Below are positions 29,276-39,926 of a DNA stretch of 64,000 nt, one piece after another. A program made the translations under genes and the position numbers. The notes under the pieces are model-generated. The model was not told where the DNA came from and searched no databases. It saw nothing but the letters and a program-made list of their open reading frames with translations. Source of the DNA: Bacteroidales bacterium (GTDB lineage Bacteria > Bacteroidota > Bacteroidia > Bacteroidales > GCA-2748055); NCBI GenBank assembly GCA_040903745.1, contig JBBDUV010000047.1:3779-67778 (forward strand). The letters run 5' to 3'. Within the stretch, counting starts at the first letter, position 1, and the number at the start of each line of letters is the position of its first letter.

Positions 29276-29314
29276 CAAATATAAATTATATATTGACCTT
29301 TATATCATTTTATC
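29276..29314 (-). promoter_or_regulatory. Putative promoter and regulator site for hemerythrin-narK
   Basis: -7 element TATATTTG (minus strand, 29276-29283) and TGACCTTTATATCA+TTTTATC at 29294-29314. Confidence 0.5.
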
Positions 29315-29383
29315 TTTTATAGTTCGTTTCAAATACACACTGAAGGCAAACACGTCAATCATTTGCCCGATGGTTCCAATACC

Positions 29384-29417
29384 CTGTTAACAGCTGTGGA
29401 CTGTTAACAGTTGTGGA
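29384..29417. repeat. 17-bp tandem repeat with palindromic core
   Basis: CTGTTAACAGCTGTGGA CTGTTAACAGTTGTGGA. Confidence 0.7.
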
Positions 29418-29508
29418 AATGTCCTATACTGTATTTTTAACATATCGGGCAGTGGCTAATCCGATACTTTCATATGATTTGCCATCAAATAATTATACCT
29501 GAAAAAGC

Positions 29509-29721
29509 TTAAGAGGGTAAGATATATCTCACACCAACATAGAATTCCCTCCCCCGTGTTGGACTCCATACAAAGGATGTGTCAAAGTAGGGACCAAACG
29601 GATTTTGCCAGCTTAAAACAGGCCTCTCCTGCCTGAAGTCAAAAATATTCTCGCTCCCTGTGTAGATTTCAAATTTTTCAAATTTATACGAAAATTGTGC
29701 GTTAGCGATCATGTAAGGCAA
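29509..29721 (-). pseudogene. C-terminal remnant of a TonB-dependent receptor
   Basis: NAQFSYKF..EIYTGSENIFD..FGPYFDTSFVWSPTRGREFYVGVRY is a typical final-strand region of these receptors; only 70 aa, no N-terminal part. Confidence 0.75.
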
Positions 29722-30586
29722 TCCATACTAGCTTATACGCCACGATCCGGTTGTCAAAAAAGGTGGGTACATAGACCACCTTGTTTTTTATGTCGTAGCC
29801 GAGGTCGGCCGTGTTGATCTTCTGCTTTTCGGTGTCGAGGAGCGACTGAACCGTATCATTCCCAATGATGTGGATCCGGCCGCTCCATTCCGAGACGATG
29901 TAGTAATTATCTATGCCCGTATATTCGATCCCGTCAGTTCTTATGCCGGTGGCCATTACATCATATTCGCCTGTCTCCTTGCTGACCCTTCTGATCTCAC
30001 CCGGTCCCTGGGCGCCTACGATCATATGATCGTCCTCATTGTACAATCCGTTCGGCGCTTCCACTGCAGGCAACCAATCGGTTATTTCATCGTTGTGGTA
30101 TATCTGAACCTTGTTGGCCCTGCTATCGGAGAAATATACCATACCATCTTCGCTGATGGCCAGGTCGTTCAGAAATACGGCACCTTCCACAGGCACCATT
30201 TTTTTCACCTCGCCTTTATCAACATCGATGATAAGCAGCCGGTTCATGTCCGTGGCAAAAAGAAAGCCATCATAGAGTCCCATACCTCGCGGCTCATTCA
30301 GTCCGGTGATCCAGTGGAGGTCGAGCACCTTTCCGTTAGTACTGAGCTTTGAGATGAATCCGGTATCGTCGCCCTCCTCACCACGATTCATGTTTGCTAC
30401 ATACAGTACATTTCTGGAAGGATCATACAATACAGATTCTGGCGTTCTCATGATGGGACCGGTAGACCATATTTCAGAGAGGCTGAATGTGATAGATCCG
30501 GTGTCAGACTGGTCGTTGGCGGATGGTCTCGACTGACAGGAGAGCAGGAAAACTACAATGACGATGACAGGTACTAATTTTTTCAT
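29702..30586 (-). CDS. SMP-30/gluconolactonase-like beta-propeller lipoprotein
   Basis: Lipobox LLSC, TPESVLYD, GFISKL, FLNDLA, PNGL, DGIE, VPTFFDNRIVAY. Confidence 0.8.
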   Translation of the reverse strand: MKKLVPVIVIVVFLLSCQSRPSANDQSDTGSITFSLSEIWSTGPIMRTPESVLYDPSRNVLYVANMNRGEEGDDTGFISKLSTNGKVLDLHWITGLNEPRGMGLYDGFLFATDMNRLLIIDVDKGEVKKMVPVEGAVFLNDLAISEDGMVYFSDSRANKVQIYHNDEITDWLPAVEAPNGLYNEDDHMIVGAQGPGEIRRVSKETGEYDVMATGIRTDGIEYTGIDNYYIVSEWSGRIHIIGNDTVQSLLDTEKQKINTADLGYDIKNKVVYVPTFFDNRIVAYKLVWIALHDR

Positions 30587-30751
30587 TTTGGATCGATTTT
30601 GATTGTTTTTCACAATTTACAAAAAAAAACACCGTTCATGAGGGTTTTGTTTAAAAATTTGAATGAGAATTAGGAGGGGGTTTTACTGTTCCTATACGAA
30701 AGGGCAGGAAATATTGTGCGGAATTAAAACTATCAGCGGAATCCAAGTAAA

Positions 30752-31201
30752 CCACAAGCGGCACTATTTACTTCCTCGGTTAATCTACAAATGGACAAAG
30801 GATTTTTTAACTCAAAGTACCGTGTTCACGGTGATATTGGTTATCAATATTCGATTTCTTCATTCTCTTTTCAGCTCAGGGAACGCATCCAGTATGGTTT
30901 CCAGGATTTCGGTACTGTGGAGGATAACAGCTCAAATAAATTGACCAGTAGAAGCAGGGCAGGGGCGAAATATAATATTAGCGGATCGCCCTTAACTCTT
31001 TTTGCAAGCTATGAGCTTTTCCTGGGACTGAATACCTCAGAGGGTATCCGGGTCAGGGGATACCGGATCCAGGCCGGGACATCATACAAATTTTCTATTA
31101 GGAGCGATATTGAGTTCGGTTATATGTTAAATGATGAGGTAAACAGGTCCAGCCCCCTAAGGGCCCATGTGCTGGTGGTTGAATGGAACTACAGGTTATA
31201 G
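30752..31201 (+). pseudogene. 5'-truncated outer-membrane beta-barrel gene (DUF2490-like)
   Basis: LRERIQY, RSRAGAKY..PLTLFASYELF, IEFGYM strand motifs; no signal peptide and an in-frame stop at 30749. Confidence 0.55.
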
Positions 31202-31320
31202 ATACTGGAGTTCTGTGCGGATAGGGTGCGGTTATAATTATTTTTTAATTGTTTTATCATTTTAAAACAATGGTATTCAGGTTGGTTTCATATCTTTGGA
31301 GAATGAATAAAAATTGAACC

Positions 31321-33309
31321 ATGATCAGATTACCAATGAAGTGGCTGGTTGTTCTGTTCTGTTTTTTTTACATCGGTAATGAGACAAGTGCACAATCATT
31401 TTTGCCACAGTTCCTGGTTTCATCAAGCCGGTCGGATACATTGCAGGAAAAGGCCCCTCAGGCCCCTCAGGCCCCTCAGGATCAATACGGAATTGAGCCG
31501 GAAGATTCTGTAAGGTTCTCTGCATCAGAGTTACTCATTCGGGATATGCCCCCTATATGGGCGTTATTCGGACAGCCAGATAGTGCAAAAACCCCGGTTC
31601 AGTGGACAGATATTCAATCTGGTATTTCAGATGACAGCCAGGTGATGGTCAGGAAGCACTCCGGATATATCCTGCTATTAATCTTTCTGTTCGGGGTCCT
31701 GGTTGCATTGGTCTATTATCTGAAAATTACACTGAAAGTGCTGAATATTCAACAGCACAAGGTGTTTTTGAGCCTCTATATTAATGAGATATTCCATAAA
31801 CCACTGGAGGTGGCTCTGTTGATCGGAATCTACCTGCTGCGTCTGATGATAGGCGTGTTGCCTGACTTTTACGCCCTGGTGGTCGCTCTTTTGTTTGTCT
31901 ATGCGGTAATCAGACTCGCTATTGATATTTTACCCCGGGGGTTCAGGAAGTTTCTGATTGGATTTGCAGCAGCATATATAATCCTGCGTTTTTACAGCCT
32001 GTTTTCCGACCAGCAAATAATCAGCCGGTTTATCTTATTGGCAGCACAGCTGATCGCGATGGGTTACCTGGTGATATTTGTCAATGGCAGGCGAATGATG
32101 CTTTCCGCAAAGCGCAATGTTTTCAATTACACACTTTCGCTGTTCAGCGTATTCTACCTGGTGCTGCTCATCGTGGCCTCTATCGCAAATGTGGCAGGCG
32201 CAGTTTCATTTTCCGGTTTTATCTCTTCTGCGGTAATAAACTCCGGTTTCCTGATAATTGCAACTTACGTTGGGTTTCATATGTCGGTGGCCCTTTTATA
32301 TATGTTTCTATCAAGTTCCGTATTTAATCGATCGTTCATTATACAGCAGCAACTTGAATATATCTTCACCAAGCTCTACCATCTTCTCAGGTGGTTTTTC
32401 ATCCTGGCATGGATCTACATAGCGCTGGAGCAATTTCACATCAGGGATCTGTTTTTTAACTGGTCCTCAGGTTTTTTGTCGGCAGAGCTTGCCATCGGTA
32501 AGGCCACCTTCACGCTTATGAGCATCATCCTGTTTTTCTTCGTGATCTGGCTGGCGCTCACGATCTCCCGTTTTGTAAGTCACATTCTGAAGGAAGAGGT
32601 TTTTACAAGGGTAACGGTTGAGCGCGGTATTCCCGGAACGGTCATTATGTTGGTTAGGATCGCCCTGGTTACCGTCGGTTTTCTGATTGCTGCCGCTGCC
32701 GCCGGAATGGAATTATCGAGTCTGACCATTATCATCGGAGCCTTTTCTGTCGGGATCGGTTTCGGTCTGCAAAATATCTTTAACAACCTGGTATCCGGAT
32801 TGATCCTGGCGTTTGAACGTCCGATCAAGGAGGGAGATACTGTTGAGGTAAACTCACTTCTGGGTGTTGTGAAGAGAATCGGAATTCGCTCGAGTGTTGT
32901 GCGTACCTACGACGGGGCTGAAGTGATTGTGCCGAACGGAACGCTGATCTCCAATGAACTCATCAACTGGACCCTCTCCGATGCACAACGCCGGGCTGAT
33001 ATACGCGTTGGGGTGGCCTACGGGACCGATCCCGACAGCGTCCTTGAAATTCTGCTCAGGGTTGCCCGGGAAAATACAAAGGTAATTCAGGAGCCTGCCC
33101 CAAGGGCCTTATTTTTGGGATTTGGTGACAGTTCGCTTGATTTCAGGCTGCTGGCGTGGGCAGAGATGGACAACCGGCTGGATATGGAGAGTGAGATCAA
33201 AGTGGCCATCAACCGGGAGCTGAAAGAGGCTGGAATTGAGATCCCATTCCCGCAGCGCGACCTACATATCAGGTCGGTGGATCCAAAAGTCGGGAAACAG
33301 ATGAAATAA
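31321..33309 (+). CDS. Mechanosensitive ion channel, MscS family (extended TM region)
   Basis: GAFSVGIGFGLQNIFNNLVSGLILAFERPIKEGD, IVPN, VGVAYGTD, IEIPFPQRDLH; -7 element TATCTTTG at 31291. Confidence 0.92.
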   Translation: MIRLPMKWLVVLFCFFYIGNETSAQSFLPQFLVSSSRSDTLQEKAPQAPQAPQDQYGIEPEDSVRFSASELLIRDMPPIWALFGQPDSAKTPVQWTDIQSGISDDSQVMVRKHSGYILLLIFLFGVLVALVYYLKITLKVLNIQQHKVFLSLYINEIFHKPLEVALLIGIYLLRLMIGVLPDFYALVVALLFVYAVIRLAIDILPRGFRKFLIGFAAAYIILRFYSLFSDQQIISRFILLAAQLIAMGYLVIFVNGRRMMLSAKRNVFNYTLSLFSVFYLVLLIVASIANVAGAVSFSGFISSAVINSGFLIIATYVGFHMSVALLYMFLSSSVFNRSFIIQQQLEYIFTKLYHLLRWFFILAWIYIALEQFHIRDLFFNWSSGFLSAELAIGKATFTLMSIILFFFVIWLALTISRFVSHILKEEVFTRVTVERGIPGTVIMLVRIALVTVGFLIAAAAAGMELSSLTIIIGAFSVGIGFGLQNIFNNLVSGLILAFERPIKEGDTVEVNSLLGVVKRIGIRSSVVRTYDGAEVIVPNGTLISNELINWTLSDAQRRADIRVGVAYGTDPDSVLEILLRVARENTKVIQEPAPRALFLGFGDSSLDFRLLAWAEMDNRLDMESEIKVAINRELKEAGIEIPFPQRDLHIRSVDPKVGKQMK

Positions 33310-33318
33310 CCTTCCCAT

Positions 33319-36300
33319 TTATGGGAGCCGATTGCTCCATCGTGGGCCTTTTTCCACCCATCTGCGGGCACTGACAAAGGCCCCCACCCATGGGGTTATC
33401 TCATCGTTCTTCCTGTCGGCAGGATAGTATCCGCACTGCCACGGGAAGAACGCCCGTTCGAGGTGGGGCATCATGGCGAGGTGGCGACCATCTTCCGAGC
33501 AGATCGCTGCCACATCACCGTCGGAGCCGTTCGGATTGGCAGGGTAGGAGGAGTGTGCATATTTACCGACCACTGCATAACCTTTGTCAGATGGCAGACT
33601 GAACTTCCCTTCCCCATGTGCCACCCAGGCGCCGAGCCGCATACCCGAAAGGGTCCTGAACATCACGGAGTCGTTATTTGGAACAACTACAGAAAGGAAG
33701 CCCGATTCGAATTTCCCCGATTCGTTGTGCAGCATTTTTGGTGCGTGATCTGTCTCTCCGGTAACCAGCTTCAACTCGACCATCAGCTGACAACCATTAC
33801 AAATTCCCAGGCTGAGGGTATCGGACCGTGCATAGAAATTCTCGAGTGCGATCTGTGCCTTCTCATTGTACCTGAAGGCCCCTGCCCAGCCTTTTGCCGA
33901 TCCGAGTACATCGGAGTTGGAGAACCCGCCCACGAAGACGATGAAGTTCACATCTTCAAGTGTCTCCCTGCCGGCGATCAGGTCGGTCATATGCACATCT
34001 TTCACATCAAACCCGGCGAGGTACATCAGGTAGGCCATCTCACGGTCGCCGTTCACACCCTTTTCCCTGATAATTGCGGCCTTCACACCAGTTTGGGTCC
34101 GGCGACCGGGATCGATACCGAGCGACTCAAACGTTCCCAGGAAATTCCCCAAATCGAACTTTAGCACATGCTTTTTGTACGATTCAAACCGCTCTTTTGC
34201 CAGCTTATCGCCCGACTGCTTCCGGTCGAGCAGGTAGGATGTGCGGAACCATCTGTCGCGCAATGCATCGATATCCAGGGTCCAGGCCCTCTCCCGGGTA
34301 TACAGCAGAATCTCCCTTCCTTCAGCCGGTCGACCGACAACCGTATGCCTTACACCCTCTTTTTCCAAAAGACCGGTTACCCGTGCACCGTTCCTCACCT
34401 GGACAATGATCCCCGGATTTTCGCTGAACAGCACCTCCGTGGCAGCTGCATCAAAACCGGTAACATCGACCTCCAGTCCGCCGGTCCCATTGCCAAAGCA
34501 CATCTCCAGCAGTGCGGTTATCATTCCGCCGGCAGAGATATCATGCCCGGAGAGAATTTGCCCCTCTTCGATAAGCGACTGTACGAGGTTGAATGTTTTA
34601 ACAAAGTATGCCGGGTCCTTTACCGTGGGGGCCTCGTTAAAAAGGTGACCAATGGTTTGTCCGAAAGCGCTTCCCCCGAGCCTGAACGGCATGCCTGAAA
34701 GATCGATATGGATCAGCACGGTATCCGGATCGTTCTTCACCACCGGCTCCACGATCTTCCTGATATCGGTTACCTCACCCGCTGCTGAGATGATCACCGT
34801 TCCAGGTGCCACCACCACATCATTCTTGTATTTCTGTGTCATCGACAGACTGTCTTTCCCGGTTGGGATATTGATCCCCAGCGCCACAGCAAAATCGCTC
34901 GCTGCCTCGGCTGCCTTGTATAGCCTGGCATCCTCACCCTTGTTTCTGCAGGGCCACATCCAGTTGGCCGACAGCGAGATGCTCTTTATCTTTTCCGGCA
35001 TTGGCGCCCAGATGATATTGGTGAGCGCCTCGGCGATCGAAAGCACACTCCCTGCCTCCGGATCGACCAGTCCGGCCACCGGCGCATGACCGATCGCTGT
35101 GGCATATCCCTTCTCGCCCCGGTAGTCGAGCGCCACCGCCCCCAGGTTGTTGAGCGGCAGCTGCATCTCCCCGGCACACTGCTGCCTGGCCACCTTGCCC
35201 GTTACTGAGCGGTCGACCTTGTTCGTGAGCCAGTCCTTGCATGCCACACTCTCAATCTGCAGCAGGTTCTCAATATAGGCATCCAGCTTCATTGGATCCG
35301 GTTCATAGTAGCTGTATTCCACCCGCACGGTTTCATCTGTCATCACCGTCTTGGGCGGCTTCCCAAACATATCTGTCAGCTCAAGGTCCATCGGTTTTTC
35401 CCCCGTCGCCTCGTCCTCAAACACAAACTTATGGTCGCCCGTGATCTCCCCGATCACATACAGCGGTGCCCTTTCGCGTTCAGCAATGCGCCTTAGCTCA
35501 TCGATATCATTCACCCTGAGCACGAGTCCCATCCGCTCCTGCGATTCGTTCCCGATAATTTCCTTGGCCGATAACGTGGGATCGCCCACCGGCAGCTTGT
35601 TGAGCGCTATTTTACCGCCGGTCTCCTCCACCAGCTCGGAGAGGCAGTTGAGGTGACCGCCGGCGCCATGGTCGTGGATACTCACGATGGTATTATTTTC
35701 CGACTCTGCCAGTGCCCTGATCGCATTGAACACCCGCTTCTGCATCTCGGGATTGGCGCGTTGCACGGCATTCAGCTCAATGGCATTCTCGAACTGTCCC
35801 GTATCGACCGACGATACCGCGCCGCCGCCCATGCCGATCCTGTAGTTGTCGCCCCCCATCAGCACCACAAGGTCACCCTTCTCCGGGGTATCTTTCTGTG
35901 AATCCTTCAGCTTGCCAAAACCGATACCACCCGCCAGCATGATCACCTTGTCGAATCCTTGTTTCTTCAGGTTCTCCTGGTGTTCGAAGGTGAGGAGGCT
36001 GCCGCAGATGAGCGGCTGACCGAATTTATTCCCGAAGTCGCTTGCACCGTTGGAGGCCTTGATCAGGATCTCCTCCGGGGTCTGATAGAGCCACGGGCGC
36101 TCCGGCAACCTGTTTTCCCATTTCCGTTTTTCGTCAAGCCTGGGGTAGGAGGTCATATACACTGCTGTCCCGGCCATGGGGATCGATGCCTTTCCCCCGG
36201 CGATCCGGTCGCGTATCTCCCCGCCGGTACCAGTGGCAGCACCATTGAATGGCTCAACAGTGGTGGGGAAATTGTGTGTTTCTGCTTTGAGTGAAAGCAC

Positions 36301-37020
36301 CGTTTCGATCTCTTTGATATTGAAGAAGCCGGCCCGGTCCTGATTCGCCGGGGCGAACTGCTCAACCCGGGGTCCGCTTACAAATGAGCAGTTGTCCTTG
36401 TAAGCTGAAACGACGCTGTTGGGATTGGTTTTGGTTGTTCGCTTGATCAGTTCGAAGAGGGTCGACTGCTTCTCTTCGCCGTCGATCACGAACGTGCCGT
36501 TGAAGATCTTGTGGCGGCAGTGCTCGGAGTTCACCTGGGCAAAGCCATACAGTTCGCTGTCGGTGAGTTTTCTACCGATGCGCCGGCTCACTGATTCGAG
36601 GTATTCGATCTCGTCGGTATTGAGTGCCAGTCCCTCCTGTGTGTTGTACGCCGCGATATCGTCGATGTGCAGCACCGGTTCGGGCTGTTTGCTGGTTTTG
36701 AAGATCTCCTGGTTGAGCCCTTCGTAGAGCCGTTGCAGCATCGGGTCGAAGTTGCTTTCCCTCCCGGGTACGGCGAAATACTCCTCGATGCGGGAGATCC
36801 CAGCGATCCCCATGTTCTGGGCGATCTCCACAGCGTTGGTGCTCCAGGGGGTGATCATCTCCTTGCGCGGACCGACGAAATAGCCGTCGACCGTTTTTTG
36901 TCCGGAAGCTGTTGCCCCGCCAAAGACCCATTCCAGTTTTTGCTGATCGCCGGTTGAAAGTGCAGCAGGGTGTTCAACGGCAATGATCTTGTTTTCGGGC
37001 AGGGAGAAAAAGGTTATCAT
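33319..37020 (-). CDS. purL: Phosphoribosylformylglycinamidine synthase (large single-chain form)
   Basis: QVNSEHCRHKIFN, KAETHNFPT, GAATGTGGEIRD, HDHGAGG, GICNGCQ, MMPHLER; start placed at MITFF. Confidence 0.97.
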   Translation of the reverse strand: MITFFSLPENKIIAVEHPAALSTGDQQKLEWVFGGATASGQKTVDGYFVGPRKEMITPWSTNAVEIAQNMGIAGISRIEEYFAVPGRESNFDPMLQRLYEGLNQEIFKTSKQPEPVLHIDDIAAYNTQEGLALNTDEIEYLESVSRRIGRKLTDSELYGFAQVNSEHCRHKIFNGTFVIDGEEKQSTLFELIKRTTKTNPNSVVSAYKDNCSFVSGPRVEQFAPANQDRAGFFNIKEIETVLSLKAETHNFPTTVEPFNGAATGTGGEIRDRIAGGKASIPMAGTAVYMTSYPRLDEKRKWENRLPERPWLYQTPEEILIKASNGASDFGNKFGQPLICGSLLTFEHQENLKKQGFDKVIMLAGGIGFGKLKDSQKDTPEKGDLVVLMGGDNYRIGMGGGAVSSVDTGQFENAIELNAVQRANPEMQKRVFNAIRALAESENNTIVSIHDHGAGGHLNCLSELVEETGGKIALNKLPVGDPTLSAKEIIGNESQERMGLVLRVNDIDELRRIAERERAPLYVIGEITGDHKFVFEDEATGEKPMDLELTDMFGKPPKTVMTDETVRVEYSYYEPDPMKLDAYIENLLQIESVACKDWLTNKVDRSVTGKVARQQCAGEMQLPLNNLGAVALDYRGEKGYATAIGHAPVAGLVDPEAGSVLSIAEALTNIIWAPMPEKIKSISLSANWMWPCRNKGEDARLYKAAEAASDFAVALGINIPTGKDSLSMTQKYKNDVVVAPGTVIISAAGEVTDIRKIVEPVVKNDPDTVLIHIDLSGMPFRLGGSAFGQTIGHLFNEAPTVKDPAYFVKTFNLVQSLIEEGQILSGHDISAGGMITALLEMCFGNGTGGLEVDVTGFDAAATEVLFSENPGIIVQVRNGARVTGLLEKEGVRHTVVGRPAEGREILLYTRERAWTLDIDALRDRWFRTSYLLDRKQSGDKLAKERFESYKKHVLKFDLGNFLGTFESLGIDPGRRTQTGVKAAIIREKGVNGDREMAYLMYLAGFDVKDVHMTDLIAGRETLEDVNFIVFVGGFSNSDVLGSAKGWAGAFRYNEKAQIALENFYARSDTLSLGICNGCQLMVELKLVTGETDHAPKMLHNESGKFESGFLSVVVPNNDSVMFRTLSGMRLGAWVAHGEGKFSLPSDKGYAVVGKYAHSSYPANPNGSDGDVAAICSEDGRHLAMMPHLERAFFPWQCGYYPADRKNDEITPWVGAFVSARRWVEKGPRWSNRLP

Positions 37021-37343
37021 AGGGCTCGGTCTATTAGATGAAAAAGAAACTGTCATGGTTGACCGGCACATTGGTTGGGAGGTTTCACTGACCGGTTCAG
37101 TATGTGACGGTGCAAAGATAATGTTTCGGAGAGGAAAAACCTCGGAATTGTTTCCAACAGAAGCAGGGAGGTTATTAACAGCAAATGGCCCTACGCCGCT
37201 ATACCGATGCTGCTATCACGGGTATGGAAGGATCCCGGCGGACCATGATCGTTCCTGCCTCTGCTCCGGTGATCCCCCGGTAACTGCTTGCATTTCTCCG
37301 GTATTTTTCGTATATTTTGTTTTTTAACCAAAACCCAATAATT

Positions 37344-37922
37344 ATGTCATTTACACTACCCGATTTACCGTATGCAATGGACGCATTGGAGCCAGTGATC
37401 AGCAAAAAGACGCTTGAATTTCACTATGGCAAACACCACCAGACGTATGTTGACAAGCTGAACAACCTCGTGCCTGGAACAGAATTTGAAGATTCGAGCC
37501 TGGAAGAGATCATAATGAAGGCTTCAGGAGGAATCTTCAACAACGGGGCGCAGGTGTGGAACCATACTTTCTATTTTGAAGCCCTCTCGTCCAAAACATT
37601 GAGGTCGCCCGGCAAGGAGCTCGGGGGAAGGCTCGAGCGCGACTTTGGATCGATGGATCACTTCAGGGAGGATTTTGAGAAGGCAGCGGCGACGCTGTTT
37701 GGTTCGGGATGGGCCTGGCTGGTGATGGACGATGACGGGAAGCTGTCGATCGTACAGACCTCCAATGCCGGTAACCCGATGCGTGACGGGCTGAAACCGC
37801 TGATGACGGCCGATGTGTGGGAGCATGCCTACTACCTGGATTACCAGAATAAAAGGCCGGAGTATTTGGGGAATTTTTGGAAAGTGTTGGACTGGAAAGT
37901 TGTTGAGGAGCGTTTATTGTAG
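37344..37922 (+). CDS. sodB: Fe/Mn superoxide dismutase
   Basis: HYGKHHQTYV, NGAQVWNHTFY, FGSGWAWL, DVWEHAYY; metal specificity inferred only. Confidence 0.93.
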   Translation: MSFTLPDLPYAMDALEPVISKKTLEFHYGKHHQTYVDKLNNLVPGTEFEDSSLEEIIMKASGGIFNNGAQVWNHTFYFEALSSKTLRSPGKELGGRLERDFGSMDHFREDFEKAAATLFGSGWAWLVMDDDGKLSIVQTSNAGNPMRDGLKPLMTADVWEHAYYLDYQNKRPEYLGNFWKVLDWKVVEERLL

Positions 37923-38137
37923 TGTTCTTCGCTTCGGAAAGGTGCTGTCCAATAATGACTGCAGATGCGGTATGATAAAAATTTACAGATTTGGAAGGAT
38001 TGTCTACATTTTTGTAAAATTCTGTTCTTTAATATTTTACGCCTGTACAATTATAAAAACTTGCTAAGATTTTTATTTTCCATCATTTCAGATCCGCAGA
38101 ATTTTGTATGTTTAACCTAAACTAAAACCAACCAACC

Positions 38138-39799
38138 ATGATCCAGGAAAATTTTATCAAGCTTTACGAAGACAGTTTTAAGAAAAACTGGGATTTACCG
38201 GCCATTTCAGATTACCAGGGACCGGAGTATAGTTACGGCGAGATGTCGAAAATGATCGCACAGCAGCACCTCTTTTTTGAGCAGATCGGTATTAAAAAGG
38301 GGGATAAGATCGCGCTGTTCGGGAAGAATTCGGCCAACTGGGCCGTTGGTTTTATGGCTGTGCTTTCTTACGGGGCCGTGGCGGTGCCGATCCTGGCCGA
38401 CTTTAAACCGGAGGAGGCGATGAATATTATCAACCATTCGGATTCTGTTTTCCTGTATGTTGACAAGCAATTGTTCGACGGGTTGGATGAGAAGAGGATG
38501 GACAAGCTGTTTTCGATCTATTCCCTGGATGATTTCAAGATTACAGGCAGTTCCACCGCGAAAAAGATACGGGATATTAATGGCAAGCTGGAGGAGTCTT
38601 TCGCTGCAAAGTATCCGGATGGGTTCACAGCTGACCAGCTGAAATTTGCGGAGGTGGACAACAAGGAGGTTGTTGAGATCAATTACACATCGGGTACCAC
38701 CGGTTTTAGTAAAGGGGTGATGCTTTCGGCGAACAGCCTGGCAGCCAATGTGACCTATGCACAGCGCTCCATTGAGTTGAATTCGGGGGATAAGATGCTG
38801 GCGGTACTGCCGATGGCGCATTGCTACGGGTGTGCGTTCGACTGTTTGTTTCCGCTGACAAAAGGGGTGCATGTGACAATCCTGGGGAAGATCCCAGCGA
38901 CCCCTCTGCTGCTAAAGGCTTATGCAGAGATACGTCCGCACCTGATCCTGTTCATTCCACTATTCTTTGAGAAACTTTACAAGAAGCGGTTGTTGCCGAA
39001 GATTTCGAAGCCGCCCATGAGTGTCTTACTAAAGATACCCGGGATAAATAATATTCTCTATGGTGTGTTGCGGAAGAAGCTGATGCAGACGTTCGGAGGA
39101 CGTTTCAGGGAGGTGGTTCTTGGAGGAGCACCATTAAGTGCCGAGGTAGAGGCTTTTTTCAGGAAGATCAAATTTCCTTTTACGATCGGGTATGGGATGA
39201 CAGAGTGCGGACCGTTGATCTCTTATGACGGATGGAGAACCTCGAGGCCTGCGTCATCTGGGAAAATCCTGGATGTGGCTGAGCTGAAAATTGACTCAGC
39301 TGATCCGTATAATGAGGTTGGTGAGATTCTGGTACGGGGCGAGGTGCTGATGGACGGTTACTACAAGAATGAAGAGGCAACGAAAGCGACGATTGATGAA
39401 GAGGGGTGGCTGCATACGGGCGATCTTGGGGTAACCGACAAGGATGGATACATATACATCAGGGGTAGGAGCAAGAGCATGTTGCTCGGACCTTCGGGTC
39501 AGAATATCTATCCCGAGGAGATTGAGGCGCTGCTGAATAACCTGCCTTATGTTGCAGAGACCGTTGTATTGATGAACGCTGATCACAAGCTGGAGGCATT
39601 GGTGTATCCTGATTATGAAGCGGCAAAAGCCGATGGGGTTGAGGATGTCCTGGCAGAGAAGATGGAGGAGAACCGGAAGGCGATCAACAAGCAGCTGAAG
39701 TCGTATGAGGGAATTTTCAAAATGCACATCCACGAAGAGGAGTTTGTAAAAACCCCCAAGCGGAGCATCAAACGGTTTTTGTATAAACTGGAGAAGTAG
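38138..39799 (+). CDS. Long-chain fatty acid--CoA ligase (AMP-binding)
   Basis: YTSGTTGFSKGV, GYGMTE, WLHTGDLG, GQNIYPEEIE. Confidence 0.9.
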   Translation: MIQENFIKLYEDSFKKNWDLPAISDYQGPEYSYGEMSKMIAQQHLFFEQIGIKKGDKIALFGKNSANWAVGFMAVLSYGAVAVPILADFKPEEAMNIINHSDSVFLYVDKQLFDGLDEKRMDKLFSIYSLDDFKITGSSTAKKIRDINGKLEESFAAKYPDGFTADQLKFAEVDNKEVVEINYTSGTTGFSKGVMLSANSLAANVTYAQRSIELNSGDKMLAVLPMAHCYGCAFDCLFPLTKGVHVTILGKIPATPLLLKAYAEIRPHLILFIPLFFEKLYKKRLLPKISKPPMSVLLKIPGINNILYGVLRKKLMQTFGGRFREVVLGGAPLSAEVEAFFRKIKFPFTIGYGMTECGPLISYDGWRTSRPASSGKILDVAELKIDSADPYNEVGEILVRGEVLMDGYYKNEEATKATIDEEGWLHTGDLGVTDKDGYIYIRGRSKSMLLGPSGQNIYPEEIEALLNNLPYVAETVVLMNADHKLEALVYPDYEAAKADGVEDVLAEKMEENRKAINKQLKSYEGIFKMHIHEEEFVKTPKRSIKRFLYKLEK

Positions 39800-39926
39800 A
39801 GGTTGATCAGCACCCGGTCGTCCCTGGAGCCATCCATAAGATAATCTGAGATTAGAGAGCCTAACTGCCACGCATACCGGCAATGGCTGGAAAATGACCT
39901 ATTCGGCCACCCCCTGAAGCCACAAA

